The position numbers and the translations under genes were made by a program. A stretch of 64,000 bases of DNA from Nitrosopumilaceae archaeon. GTDB taxonomy: Archaea; Thermoproteota; Nitrososphaeria; Nitrososphaerales; Nitrosopumilaceae. Numbering within the stretch: the first letter of the stretch is position 1; every line of letters starts with the position of its first letter. The DNA lies in contig CBDCCK010000002.1 in the NCBI GenBank assembly GCA_965214835.1, forward strand, positions 2,400,001-2,464,000, read 5' to 3'. Below the pieces are notes generated by a model that had not been told where the DNA came from, did no database searches, and saw only the letters and a program-made list of their open reading frames with translations. Positions 1-10,310 of this stretch are shown in pieces.

Positions 1-230
1 ACATAGTGGGCCAGGTTCTGGATTCTGACCCTTACGTCCCTGCTCTTCCAGCTTCCCTCGTTCTCAAACCACGATTCTATCTCCTCCACGTCATAAAATC
101 CGCCATTCCTCAGGATATCTTCGAATACTCCCTTTATCAGCGCGGCCTCGCCCTCATCTAACCTGTCCTTGTTTGAGACCATCATGGTTATTTCGTTGAG
201 CCTGGTTATGACGTCGTTGGCAAGCGGCAA
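1..230 (-). CDS. Conserved thaumarchaeal-type hypothetical protein (runs off window edge)
   Basis: Manually translated from TTG at 230: MPLANDVITRLNEITMMVSNKDRL...EIESWFENEGSW...; open to position 1; divergent from the ORF at 300. Confidence 0.7.
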   Translation of the reverse strand, partial: MPLANDVITRLNEITMMVSNKDRLDEGEAALIKGVFEDILRNGGFYDVEEIESWFENEGSWKSRDVRVRIQNLAHY

Positions 231-299
231 TATTCGTGCTCGGAGAGTTTGATATAACAACTTTGTGAGCTTTTTATTATTCCAAAGACATGCCAGATC

Positions 300-647
300 A
301 TGCAGTATTTTGCCGCCCTGAGAAAGGGACAAAAGCGGGTGGAATCGGCACGCCAGTACCTGAACAAATACATGGATGGGAGGGCGATGCCTGCGCTTGC
401 CTTAAAGTCTGCCAAGGGCAACATATGGACACCCGTGGGCGAGGAAAACCTTTATGCGTTCGTTGACGAGTCAGCAGGGTTTGTTCTGACCGATGACAGC
501 GGATACATTCTGGCCCTGGTGGATGACGAGGGGTACTCAAAGAGCATAGTCCAGGGCGTTACCGGGCAGCAAAAAGAGTTTTTGCTGCAAAGGTTTGCTC
601 TAGATGGCATCCCAGAGTACAAGGGGAAGGTTACGCTTCCCGTATGA
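300..647 (+). CDS. Conserved hypothetical protein
   Basis: 115-aa ORF with protein-like composition, upstream of the TIGR00300 gene. Confidence 0.75.
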   Translation: MQYFAALRKGQKRVESARQYLNKYMDGRAMPALALKSAKGNIWTPVGEENLYAFVDESAGFVLTDDSGYILALVDDEGYSKSIVQGVTGQQKEFLLQRFALDGIPEYKGKVTLPV

Positions 648-689
648 TCCCGAGGCAATGCTTTAGTATGCAGTATTTTTACGATCACC

Positions 690-1916
690 ATGGCTAGATT
701 CACCGAGGAAATCGAGGTAAGGGGCCACCTCATCGACTCGTCAATCCTTACCAAAATCTTTGACGCAATCATGGATCTTGGCGGCGAGTTTGACATACTG
801 GATATCAGCGTGGGCAAAAAGAAGCTTGATCCATCATTTGCAAGACTGTCGATTCATGCAGGGAGCCAAAAACAGCTAGACAGGATAATGGATGCGGCAT
901 ACAGGCAGGGTGCAGTATCGCCGAGGCAAATGGAGGCCAAGCTGCAGGCCGCCCTAAAGGACATGGTCATGCCGGAGAACTTTTACAGCACAACAAACAA
1001 TCGCACCCATGTATTTTACAGGAATAGATGGATCGAGGTTGACAACATGATGATGGACAAGTGCATAGTAGTCCGGGGGGGCCACGCCTCGTGCGTCCCG
1101 ATTCGCGACATAAAAAAGGGTGACAAGATCGTCGTAGGTGATGCCGGCATCAAGGTCACCCCTCCTGAAAGACCACGCGAGGGCGTCAACGTCTTTGAGT
1201 TCATGGGCAGCAGCAGCTCAAGCGAGAGGCCGACCCAGCACATTGCAAAGCAGGTGGCGCTGGACATAGTCAAAACCAAAAAGGAGGGCGGCAAGATCGT
1301 GCTGGTCGGGGGCCCCGCAATCGTTCATACCGGTGCGGCCCCTGCAGTTGCAGAGCTGGTCAGGAAGGGATACATCCACGGAGTCCTGGCAGGCAACGCA
1401 CTGGCGGTGCACGATATCGAATATGCCACACTGGGCACCTCGCTGGGGATGAACGTACATGACGGCACCCTGGCCATTCGCGGCCACAGGAACCACATGG
1501 ACGCGGTAAACTCTGTGTTTCGCGCAGGCTCCATCCCGAAGATGGTAAAATCAGGCAGGCTCAGGAGCGGGATAATGTACGAATGTGTGAAAAACAAGGT
1601 TCCGTTTGTCCTGGCCGCATCCATCCGGGACGACGGCCCGCTTCCAGACGTGATTACCGACATTACAAAGGCCCAGAGGGACTACAAAAAGATCCTCAAG
1701 GGCGCAAAGATGGTTATAATGATATCCACGATGCTGCACTCCATTGCGACCGGAAACATGCTGCCTGCAGACGTCAAGGTGATTGTCGTGGATATCAACC
1801 AGCCGACTGTCACCAAGCTTATGGATAGGGGTACCTGGCAGGCACTGGGAATAGTCTCTGACGTCGGGGCCTTTTTGCCCCTAGTTGTCGAGCAGATCAA
1901 AAAGTCCAAGGGCTAG
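690..1916 (+). CDS. TIGR00300 / LOR-SDH family protein (ornithine cyclodeaminase-like, ArgZ/AgrE C-terminal-like)
   Basis: Motifs GHLIDS, PENFYSTTN, FEFMGSSSSSE, GPAIVHTGA, GNALAVHDIE, SIRDDGPLP, MLHSIATGN. Confidence 0.88.
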   Translation: MARFTEEIEVRGHLIDSSILTKIFDAIMDLGGEFDILDISVGKKKLDPSFARLSIHAGSQKQLDRIMDAAYRQGAVSPRQMEAKLQAALKDMVMPENFYSTTNNRTHVFYRNRWIEVDNMMMDKCIVVRGGHASCVPIRDIKKGDKIVVGDAGIKVTPPERPREGVNVFEFMGSSSSSERPTQHIAKQVALDIVKTKKEGGKIVLVGGPAIVHTGAAPAVAELVRKGYIHGVLAGNALAVHDIEYATLGTSLGMNVHDGTLAIRGHRNHMDAVNSVFRAGSIPKMVKSGRLRSGIMYECVKNKVPFVLAASIRDDGPLPDVITDITKAQRDYKKILKGAKMVIMISTMLHSIATGNMLPADVKVIVVDINQPTVTKLMDRGTWQALGIVSDVGAFLPLVVEQIKKSKG

Positions 1917-3506
1917 GTAACAGGATAGCCCCTGCCTAGAGTTGAAGTCACGACCCCCCCCCGCCGTCTAGGCATGAAAATCACGCCTGCATGCAGATCC
2001 GTACATGATTGCTAGGGGCAGATGACCACGTATCCGGGGTTTTTGGCCAGCGCGTCCATGATCATGTCCGTAACGCTACACCCCCGGAGGCGCCATGTCA
2101 GGATGCACGTCGATATGTTGCCGAACATCTTCTGCCCGCCTGCAGTCCGAACCGTATCTTGCGCGCGATCACGCCGGGCCTCAGCGTGCGCTCTGCCGGG
2201 TTGTTGGTGGGATCCATCCCAGGATGCGTCGTAAACGTGTAGAGAAACTTCGAGGCATTGTCAATCTTTGTGGCACAGCTGTCACATCCTTCCTTCCTGT
2301 ATATGGCGGCAATCTCGCGCGTCCCTGCCACCAGCCTGTTGCGCTGCCGGGCTCCCTCCGGGGGGGCCAGTCCCTTGGCGTGGTGCAACTGCTCCCTGAG
2401 GCGCCTGCCTGCGTCGCAGACCTCCGGGGAGTCCGTTTTCTCGCTTTGGGTATCTGCCTCCCGGATTATGTGGGTCCAGCACCGCTGCCTGTTCCTGCCG
2501 AAGAACTTTTCGTACCCGGGGTATCCGTCGGTCACCCCGACTCTGGGCACGTATGAAAAGTGCTGATCGAGTACGGATGCCCTCCTGCTGTCAGTTGCCA
2601 CCATGTGCGCGCCGACGGCATTGCTGTCCTTGACGCCCACTGCCACCCACATGTAGCCGCTCCTGCCGTCGTATGGCATCCCCGTCTCGTCCATGTGGAC
2701 GTGGTCGCATCCTGCAATGTCTTTTTTGATGTCCTCCACGCACGGATCAAGCTTCTTTGCAACGGTCTTGAGGCAGTTCTGTATCATCGCCTTGCTTACA
2801 TCAATTTCAAAGATCTCCTTTACGATGCGCCTGATCGAGTCGACGGATGCAGGCATGGCGTGCAGGGTGCCGATATAGGAGGCAATGTTGGGTCCAAACT
2901 CGGTGCCCGGAACGACCAGCCCGCCCCCGTTTGTCGTGGTGATGGCGCCGCACTTGCGGCGGGTAAAGTAGTGCTGTGTCGTGACCGGCTCTGGGATCTC
3001 TGGAATGTCAGTAGCCATCCTGGTTCCGGTGGGAACCGGATCTGTCAGGTCTAGCCTGCTGCACGCGCCGCACCTGTCAGGCACGTGGCTCATTTCCCGG
3101 GTCTGATGCCTCTTGTGTGATACGCCCCCGTGTCCGAGTTTTTGGCCCGGCCTTGCCGGCGCCTTGCCCGGTTCCATTGATGCGGCCGTCTTTTTCTGCC
3201 TGGTTGGTATCGAGTTCTGTGATGACAGGCTGTGCGGGTTCTCATAGTATTTGATGCGCTGCTCGAGCTGCCTATTTTGTGCCGTCAGTGTGGCGATCTG
3301 TGCGGTATCATCGGCCTGTTTTATGGCAGATGCTATCCTTTCTGTGTCAAGCTTCTCCTGCGTCTTCTGAAGCCCCGCCCTGACGCAGACCATCTTCTTG
3401 CTCAATGCCTTGAATTCCGAGGCTGTAGACATGTGTTTCCCGGGTAATGATAGTTTATAGATCAGGTGGTCATAAAAAATCAACTAGGCAGGGGCTAACC
3501 TATTAC
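1917..3506 (-). mobile_element. IS66-family element (single-ORF, ISBst12-like), copy 1
   Basis: Terminal inverted repeats (TIRs) GTAACAGGATAGCCCCTGCCTAG at 1917 and CTAGGCAGGGGCTAACCTATTAC ending 3506; no matching target-site duplication (TSD). Confidence 0.9.
2012..3432 (-). pseudogene. IS66 transposase, frameshifted near the 3' end
   Basis: HMDETG, TDGYPGY, QRCWTHIIRE and TNNPAERTLR motifs; a short deletion relative to copy 2 after KIRFGL shifts the frame. Confidence 0.85.
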
Positions 3507-3565
3507 GACTCATCCGTAGAGGCTCATTATTCTTCAAGGATTTATGATCGGCAGTAAGGCAAGCA

Positions 3566-3799
3566 TCATCCAGACGGATCTGTCTTTTTTCTGTAAATCA
3601 TCCATAGTGTGACCAGTGTAGTAGCCACTATGAATACAATAACGGCAAGAACTATCGCAAGCCCATAGAAGGTATTCCATTGTACCATGCAGGTCTCCCA
3701 GTCTGCACTCCACTTCAGAAAGAACGGGCAGTCAATCTTAAACTGTGGCTCCTTGCTGGCAAACGCAAGATCTAAAAAAATAAAAAAAAGAGTGATCAT
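3566..3799 (-). CDS. Small membrane protein, translationally coupled to the upstream secreted-protein gene
   Basis: MITLFFIFLDLAFASKEPQF...FYGLAIVLAVIVFIVATTLVTLWMIYRKK; its ATG overlaps the TGA at 3796 of the reconstructed upstream gene. Confidence 0.6.
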   Translation of the reverse strand: MITLFFIFLDLAFASKEPQFKIDCPFFLKWSADWETCMVQWNTFYGLAIVLAVIVFIVATTLVTLWMIYRKKTDPSG

Positions 3800-3929
3800 C
3801 CTGCCTCCATGTAGATGGTTCCTGGAAGTATCATTATGGCTTGTGCGTGTGCAGTGCTTCTGCCTCTCCATGCTACTTCAGTCTGGTAGCAGTAGAAAGA
3901 GAAAGGTCCCCACTCGTAACATTTGTATT

Positions 3930-5647
3930 AGACCTTATGCGTAAACGAAATTAGCGGCGATGCCCCCGGCGCACGGGCTACAAATGAGGCAAGTCAGGGC
4001 CGGCGCACGCGCGACTGTACCTTACAACGTTGAAAATATTTGATCAAAACCACAACTATTTTCAGACGATTGATTTAGATCCGGGATCCATTCTCGCATA
4101 AGAGTAATGGCAAAGTCCGAGACCGAGCAGATACGACTGCTGAAGAAGAGAATCGAGCAGTACGAGAAGGAGAAGGTACAGGACAGGAAGGAGAAGGCGC
4201 GGGACAAAAAGAAGATCAAGAAGTATGAGAAGAGGATCAAGAGGCACGAGAAGAAGAGCAGGCAGGACAGGAAGGAGAAGGCGCGGGACAGGACGGAGAG
4301 GATGCAGTACAGGAAGGAGATCAGAGAGTACGAGAAGAAGAGCAGGCAGGACGGCAGGAGGCAGGAGCGGGATCAGGAGAGGATAGGGCAGCTGGAACAG
4401 CAGCTGGACGCCGAGCGCCGGATGTGGCCCGCAACCTGGGATGACGACAGGCGCTCCGCGGACAACGCCGCCCTCATGTACAGGCTCGAGGTGCTCGATG
4501 ACATAATCGGTGGCGGGTCCCTGCAGCCCACCACGTCGATGAACCTCCGCCAGTTTGACTACATATATGACCGGTTTACGAAGCTTGCCAAAAAGCACAC
4601 AGAAGGCCCCCTGTTCTCAGAAGACGAGGACAACTTGCCCGGAAACCGGTGCAAGCTGTCCTACCGCCACGCCCTGCTGATGTCGCTGATGCGCAAGTAC
4701 GGAAACCCGACACAGGAGCAGCTTGCGGCATTCTTTGGCATAGACCAGAGCACCGTATGCAGGTACCTCAGGTATTGCGACATGATATTCACCAAGATAC
4801 TGCCCACGCCGGACGCCGTATCGCGAAAGATACGAAACGCCCGCACGATCAAGGAAGTCAAGAAGATCGTCCCGGATCTGACCGTGATTGTAGACGGCAC
4901 GCACATCGACATACAGCGCCCCACAGACAAGGAGCCAAGAAAGGAGGCATACTCTGGCAAGAAGAAGAGCTTTACGCGCAACACCCAGGTGATTGCCGAC
5001 AAGAAGGGACTGGCGATGTATGCAAGCAAGTCGGCGCCCGGAAGCACGCACGACCTCACCATGATAAAGAACAACCCACCGGATCTGGGAATCCTGACTG
5101 CCAGGATGCGCAGCAACAGAAAGCACCCCGAGGACGAGAAGGTAAAGATGTTCTCTGACCTGGGATACATGGGAATCGAGGAGGTGTATCCCGGGGCCAC
5201 ATCCGTGCAGCCCGACAAGAAGCCAAGGAAAGGCAAGCTTACAAAGAAACAGAAAGCGCAGAACAGGAGGATAAGCAGCAAGAGGGTGACAGTAGAGCAC
5301 GCCATAGGACGGATAAAGCAGTACAAGCGGATGCGTGATCCGTACGACGGGACCGCCGAGGAGTTCGACAGGGAGTTCCAGGTGACGGCCGGGCTTGCCA
5401 ACTTTAGGCTGCTGTGGGACAAGCGGAACAAGAAGCTCATGCATGGGTTCTGATACCACGATACGGAGCGCATTGCGGCGCCACACGATGCCGCACTATA
5501 CTGTAGTTTTTACCAGCTGTAATGGCTCGTAGCTGCACTATATACGGACTCTGCCGCCCTCATACACGTCATGTGATGCCGTCAGCCTTGCATGTATGGC
5601 CGGCCACCGTCGGAATATTTCGATCCGGTCGATTACGCATAAGGTCT
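3930..5647 (+). mobile_element. IS5-family (ISL2/PIF-like) element, intact copy
   Basis: TIR AGACCTTATGCGTAA / TTACGCATAAGGTCT; 3-bp TSD ATT at 3927-3929 and 5648-5650. Confidence 0.92.
4107..5453 (+). CDS. IS5-family DDE transposase with a charged coiled-coil N-terminus
   Basis: HTH (QEQLAAFFGIDQSTVCR), IVDGTHIDIQRP, YSGKKK, HD, SDLGYMG, RVTVEHAIGRIK. Confidence 0.92.
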   Translation: MAKSETEQIRLLKKRIEQYEKEKVQDRKEKARDKKKIKKYEKRIKRHEKKSRQDRKEKARDRTERMQYRKEIREYEKKSRQDGRRQERDQERIGQLEQQLDAERRMWPATWDDDRRSADNAALMYRLEVLDDIIGGGSLQPTTSMNLRQFDYIYDRFTKLAKKHTEGPLFSEDEDNLPGNRCKLSYRHALLMSLMRKYGNPTQEQLAAFFGIDQSTVCRYLRYCDMIFTKILPTPDAVSRKIRNARTIKEVKKIVPDLTVIVDGTHIDIQRPTDKEPRKEAYSGKKKSFTRNTQVIADKKGLAMYASKSAPGSTHDLTMIKNNPPDLGILTARMRSNRKHPEDEKVKMFSDLGYMGIEEVYPGATSVQPDKKPRKGKLTKKQKAQNRRISSKRVTVEHAIGRIKQYKRMRDPYDGTAEEFDREFQVTAGLANFRLLWDKRNKKLMHGF

Positions 5648-6241
5648 ATTCTATCTCTGCCTGGACCTTGAGACTTACATCATCAGTGTGAACCTGCACT
5701 ATGTCGTTATTTGCAGGTCGGTATGAGGCGCTTTGGGTCTCACCGTCCCGTAGCCTCTTGATGGCCTCCTGTGCCTTGTTCTGCCAGTACTCCTTGTTTT
5801 GGAGCAGTCTTTCTTCCGTTACGACACCATATTCTCCTAACTCGAAAACGATCGCCCATGCATCCTGTGTCAGCTTGGTAGTATCCTCGCCATTTTTCTC
5901 GGCGGCGGCTATCTGGGCCTTAATTTCGCTAAACTTGTTGAGAATCTCATAAACCTTTATGTTATATGGATCTTGCTTCATCTGTGCCCTTACGCCTTCA
6001 ATGAGCTCCTGCTGTTTTTCGTCATCCATCTGACCGTATGCTTCTTGTGCTTTTATCTCCCTGACGTATGCATTTTCCCCGGTACTGTCACTGTCTGTTT
6101 GTGCTACGGCCGGAGCCCTGCTTGAAAAAGGCACGGCCATTGCCGCAATCAGGAATGCAAACAGTATTGTCTTTGCGTTTTTTGTAGTCACTGCCTGCCC
6201 TATCATTCTTCATTATATAAGCAGGTATATCCTGATCTGGA

Positions 6242-7814
6242 GTGCCTTTTCTGAACGGCCTGCGCATGCGATGGCAGTGCCAGCATCTCCGGCTTGGCAG
6301 CAGTAACGGCAGTTGGATCCGGGTCGGAGGACTCTTCCAAAGGAGGACCGCAAAAAGCCGAATTCGCGCGGCTATAACGTGCGCAAATTCCATGACTTTC
6401 CACACCCTGAAAAGGCGGCCCAAAGGAAAGGCCAGAGACCAAGGCCGTCACCCGCATGTGCACGGCAGACGCCGAGTTCTGCCCCGACTGTGGCAGCGAG
6501 CTCTCCGACTGGTGTGAAAGGTACACAAGGAAATCCAAGGATCTGGTCGGCGACAGGTGGACCGAGACGGAATGGAGTGCCATCAGGCGCTATTGCAGGC
6601 CATGCAAGAAAAAGCGCACTGCCGACGTGCCCGGGGTGCTGCCCGGGAAGGCACTACGGCACGCGCATCATTGGAATAATTGTGTTTCTTTGCTGCATGT
6701 GCCTATCCTTTGAGAGGATCCAGACCATGTTGCACACGCTTCACGGCGCCTACATACCAAGGTCCACCCTGATCCACCTGTGCGATGTGTCAACTACCAG
6801 GATGATGCCTGTATATGACGGCATTCTGGAGGAAATACGGCGCTCGGGATCCGTCGGGGGTGATGAGACGGGCTGGTTTCTCAACGGGACGGGCCACTAG
6901 GTCTGGGTGCTTGTGACCCGATTCTCGGCATTCTACCACATGGCGCCGTCCCGCTCGGGCGACGTCATAGGCTCGCTCATGGCATCCTTTGGAGGAATCG
7001 CGACCTCTGACTCGTACTCGCCGTGGAACCGCATCGGCTGCATGCACCAAAAGTGCCTCCTGCACTACTTTCGGGACATGTACCTGACGCTGGAGAACCC
7101 CGGCGCCAAGTTTGGTACGATGTTTTGCAGGCTACGCGATATCCTAAAGGACGCAATAGAGATGGGCAGGGCCACGCCCGGGGAGGTGCAGTGCCTCAAG
7201 TATTGCATACATGAGCTTGCCTCGGCCGCGTACACGGACGGGGACTGCATCCAATATGCAAAGCGCCTCAGGAGGGAGGGAGGCCACCCGTTTACGTTCC
7301 TAGAGCATCGCGACGTCGAGTATCACAACAACGGCAGCGAGAGGGCGCTGCGCATGATAGCCGTGATACGAAAGATCCTGTACGGAAACAGGTCAGAGAG
7401 GGGGATGAGGATGACTGAGACCATGTGTACCGTATACGCCACCTGCGAGATGCGCGGCGTCAACTTTTGCTCGTTCGTAACGGACTATCTTGACGGCAGG
7501 GTCACGGAGATCCCGATGCCTGCTCAGTGCGTCGGTGCAGTGGCAGCAGCATAACGGGTAGATACATGGCAGGCCATATTGCCGGCACGCCATGAAATCG
7601 ATCCGGATGCATGGGACTGCCGCCATGTGATGGTGATGACATGATGGTGACGGCCGTAAACGGTGTGCGATACACGGATTCGGTTCCAGTCCGGTGCCGC
7701 TGCAATCCGGATCCCCGAAAACATGGTAGATTGTGTCAAAATTCAGCTTCTAGAGCCCGATCAAACAGATTCGTGTCTGGAATCAGGAACAGCTTCCAGA
7801 GCCCGAGCTGTTAC
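6242..7814 (+). mobile_element. Degenerate IS66-family element (second family) with pseudogenised transposase
   Basis: CPDCG zinc motif, GGDETGW followed by in-frame TAG at 6898, SDSYSPW, HQKCLLHYFRD, HNNGSERALR; right TIR GAGCCCGAGCTGTTAC ends at 7814; left boundary approximate. Confidence 0.8.
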
Positions 7815-8265
7815 GCGCGAATTCGGCTTTTTGCGGTTCTCCTTTGGAACGGAACCCCCAGCCAGCCCGGATCCGGCCGGCGCCGCCGTCGGCGGCTGCC
7901 CGAGTAATGCCCTTAGCTGCTCGTTTTCTTTTTGCAGCTGCTGGTATTTGCCTTGCAGCTGCTCGTTTTCTTTTTGCAGCTGCTGGTATTTGCCTTGCAG
8001 CTGCTCGTTTTCTTTTTGCAGCTGCTGGTTGTCTTTTTCAACATTATCCATCCTTGTTTTCATGTGTTCAAACAGGCGGATCACGTCGGGAATTCTCCAG
8101 TTCACGTCCGTAATGTCAGGATCCCCAACCAATACCCGGAAGGCAGATCCTGGGATCTTTATGTGTTGTGATTTTTCCAGATCTTCCTGCTAGCCGGGGT
8201 GCTGCCCAAAGGGGACTCTAAGGTGGCAAGTCTCACGCCTGAACTTCCCGAGCCCGAGCTGTTAC
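7815..8265 (-). mobile_element. Left end and N-terminal transposase fragment of a related IS66 copy in inverted orientation
   Basis: TIR GTAACAGCTCGGGCTCGGGAAG read from 8265 on the minus strand; 42-bp tandem repeats (QQLQKENEQLQGKY); RKKPNSR segment shared with 6340-6370. Confidence 0.75.
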
Positions 8266-8453
8266 CAATTTTTTTGCGCCTAAAATCAGGGCTATGCAGC
8301 AGCTAGTCGGTAAGAGAGTTTACGCCTTCCAGAAAATGCGGCGTGGCAGGCATGGTGGTCGAGGGTTTGGCCGGCAGTGTCATCTAGGGGGTAAACTCAC
8401 GCTCGGGAGGGGCAGAAGAAGCCAAATATACCGCTGGATAAGAAAGAGGTCTC

Positions 8454-9659
8454 ATGAATCCGACGCTGCAGGAGGTGGAGAAGGCAGATCAAATGCGGGG
8501 AAAGGAGATCAGAAAGACCCCGCTGGCGTATTCTCCAATCTTTAGCAAGCTGACGGGATCCGAGGTTTATTTCAAGTCAGAGTTTCAGCAAAAGACGGGC
8601 TCGTTTAAGATTCGTGGGGCTCACCACAAGATTCAGACGCTGACTGACGAGGAAAAGAGAAAGGGGGTGGTGGCAGCATCCGCAGGAAACCACGCGCAGG
8701 GGGTAGCATATGCTGCGTCCACAGAAAACATTCCGTGTACCATCGTCATGCCAAAGACGGCATCCCCTGCCAAGGTGGCGGCCACCCGGGGGTATGGGGC
8801 AACGGTAATCCTGGAGGGCACAAACTACGACGAATCATCTGCAAAGGCCCACCTGATTTCAAAGGATACGGGCGCAGTAATGATACATGCGTTTGATGAT
8901 CCACACGTGATCGCAGCACAGGGAGTAATCGGCTTGGAGATCCTAGAGGAGATGCCGGACGTGGAGGAGATCTACGTTCCAATAGGCGGGGGCGGCCTTG
9001 CAGCAGGGGTCCTCACCGCAGTCAAGACCGGCCACCCGGAGATCAGGGTTGTCGGCGTCCAGTCCTCGTCGTTTCCCGCAATGAAGACGTCAGTTGAGAA
9101 AGGGGAACTCGTCACCGACGGTGGAGAAAAAACAATTGCAGACGGCATCTCGGTTCAGACCCCGGGCCGGGACACATTTGGCGTAATCAGGGAGCTGATT
9201 GACGAGATAGTGCTAGTCGACGACGACGAGATCATCAAGACGATGTTTTTGTTGATGGAGAGAAGCAAGATAGTAGTTGAGCCGGCAGGGGCAGTATGCC
9301 TGGCATACCTGCAGGCAAAAAAGCCGGCTCCCGGAAAAAAAATTGCAGTGGTAATGGGGGGCGGAAATGTCGACATGTATCTGCTCGGACAGATAGTGGA
9401 CAAGGGCCTCGTGGCCATGGGACGGCTGCTAAAGATTGAAATCATGCTCAGAGACAAGCCCGGGGCGCTAAAGCAGGTGGTCGATGAAATCACAGAGGTC
9501 AATGCAAACATCGTGGAGGTCATACATGACAGGGTTAGCCATGACGTGGATGCGGGGTCAGTCAGCGTCACCCTGGGCCTGGAGACGGAGGGGGCAGAAC
9601 ACGCAGACAGGCTAATCCGGCACCTTAAGGACAAAAACATAGAGTTCAAGCTGAAATAA
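8454..9659 (+). CDS. ilvA: Threonine ammonia-lyase (dehydratase) with C-terminal ACT domain
   Basis: KTGSFKIRGA PLP lysine, ASAGNHAQG, PIGGGGL, EPAGA, GGNVD, DKPGAL ACT domain. Confidence 0.93.
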   Translation: MNPTLQEVEKADQMRGKEIRKTPLAYSPIFSKLTGSEVYFKSEFQQKTGSFKIRGAHHKIQTLTDEEKRKGVVAASAGNHAQGVAYAASTENIPCTIVMPKTASPAKVAATRGYGATVILEGTNYDESSAKAHLISKDTGAVMIHAFDDPHVIAAQGVIGLEILEEMPDVEEIYVPIGGGGLAAGVLTAVKTGHPEIRVVGVQSSSFPAMKTSVEKGELVTDGGEKTIADGISVQTPGRDTFGVIRELIDEIVLVDDDEIIKTMFLLMERSKIVVEPAGAVCLAYLQAKKPAPGKKIAVVMGGGNVDMYLLGQIVDKGLVAMGRLLKIEIMLRDKPGALKQVVDEITEVNANIVEVIHDRVSHDVDAGSVSVTLGLETEGAEHADRLIRHLKDKNIEFKLK

Positions 9660-10229
9660 TCAGGCGAACCTCTTTTTGTGGAACTTTACCAAGCCGTGCC
9701 TTTTCATCTCCGCAGACTCTCTTACCACGCCCTCGTGCTGGCACTGCTTGTGGGTTCTGAGCCTTTTTTTCAGACGGGGTGACTCGTTTGCAAGAATCTT
9801 CAGCGCGTAGATTCCGGCATTGCCTGCCTTGTTGATTCCTACCGCGGCCACCGGGGAGCCGCTTGGCATCTCCGAAATTGAAAGCAGCGAGTCCATCCCC
9901 CCAAATGCCGAAAAGTTTGTCTTGGATTTTTTATGCTCCTTGTCATTGTAGACTAGTATCGGTACCCCGATGACCGGAATGGTTGTAAACGAGGCAATCA
10001 TCCCCGGCAGGTGCGCCGCACCTCCCGCGCCTGCGATTATGGCCTTGAGGCCAGCCTTTTCGGCGTGTTCTGCGTATTCCTGCAGCCTGGACGGGGTGCG
10101 GTGGGCAGATACAATCTGATCCTCGTGGGCTACGCCGAACTCGTCAAGAATCTCTGCGGCGCCCTTCATTATCCTGCTGTCGGAGCTGGATCCCATGATG
10201 ATGCCGATCAGGGGACTCTTGGATGCCAT
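9660..10229 (-). CDS. purE: N5-CAIR mutase
   Basis: [27 protein letters not shown]. Confidence 0.95.
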   Translation of the reverse strand: MASKSPLIGIIMGSSSDSRIMKGAAEILDEFGVAHEDQIVSAHRTPSRLQEYAEHAEKAGLKAIIAGAGGAAHLPGMIASFTTIPVIGVPILVYNDKEHKKSKTNFSAFGGMDSLLSISEMPSGSPVAAVGINKAGNAGIYALKILANESPRLKKRLRTHKQCQHEGVVRESAEMKRHGLVKFHKKRFA

Positions 10230-10310
10230 GATTAGACAGAGTCCGCGATGCTTTTATCTATAACGAAATTGGAAAGCATGATAAATCCGAGATTCGGAGG
10301 GTAAAACGGA

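Larger units (their letters stand above)
3796..6191 (-). pseudogene. Secreted protein gene (about 224 aa) split by an IS5 insertion
   Basis: Signal peptide MTTKNAKTILFAFLIAAMAVPFS; removing 3930-5647 and one ATT restores the frame ...AEIEYKCYEWGPFSFYCY...MEAG*. Confidence 0.75.

Noticed and set aside
4617-5486. Long antisense or alternate-frame ORFs (also 15922-16725, 25572-26243, 30270-30911)
   Set aside because: They are shadows of GC-rich real genes and carry no motifs.
3929-5648. TA target duplication for the IS5 element
   Set aside because: An ATT duplication fits both this copy and the 55624 MITE and restores the host reading frame, whereas TA creates a stop codon.
7916-8026. 42-bp tandem repeats (also near 19727-19797; an 84-bp period near 4179-4290)
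   Set aside because: These are in-frame coiled-coil expansions of transposase N-termini with no unique spacers.
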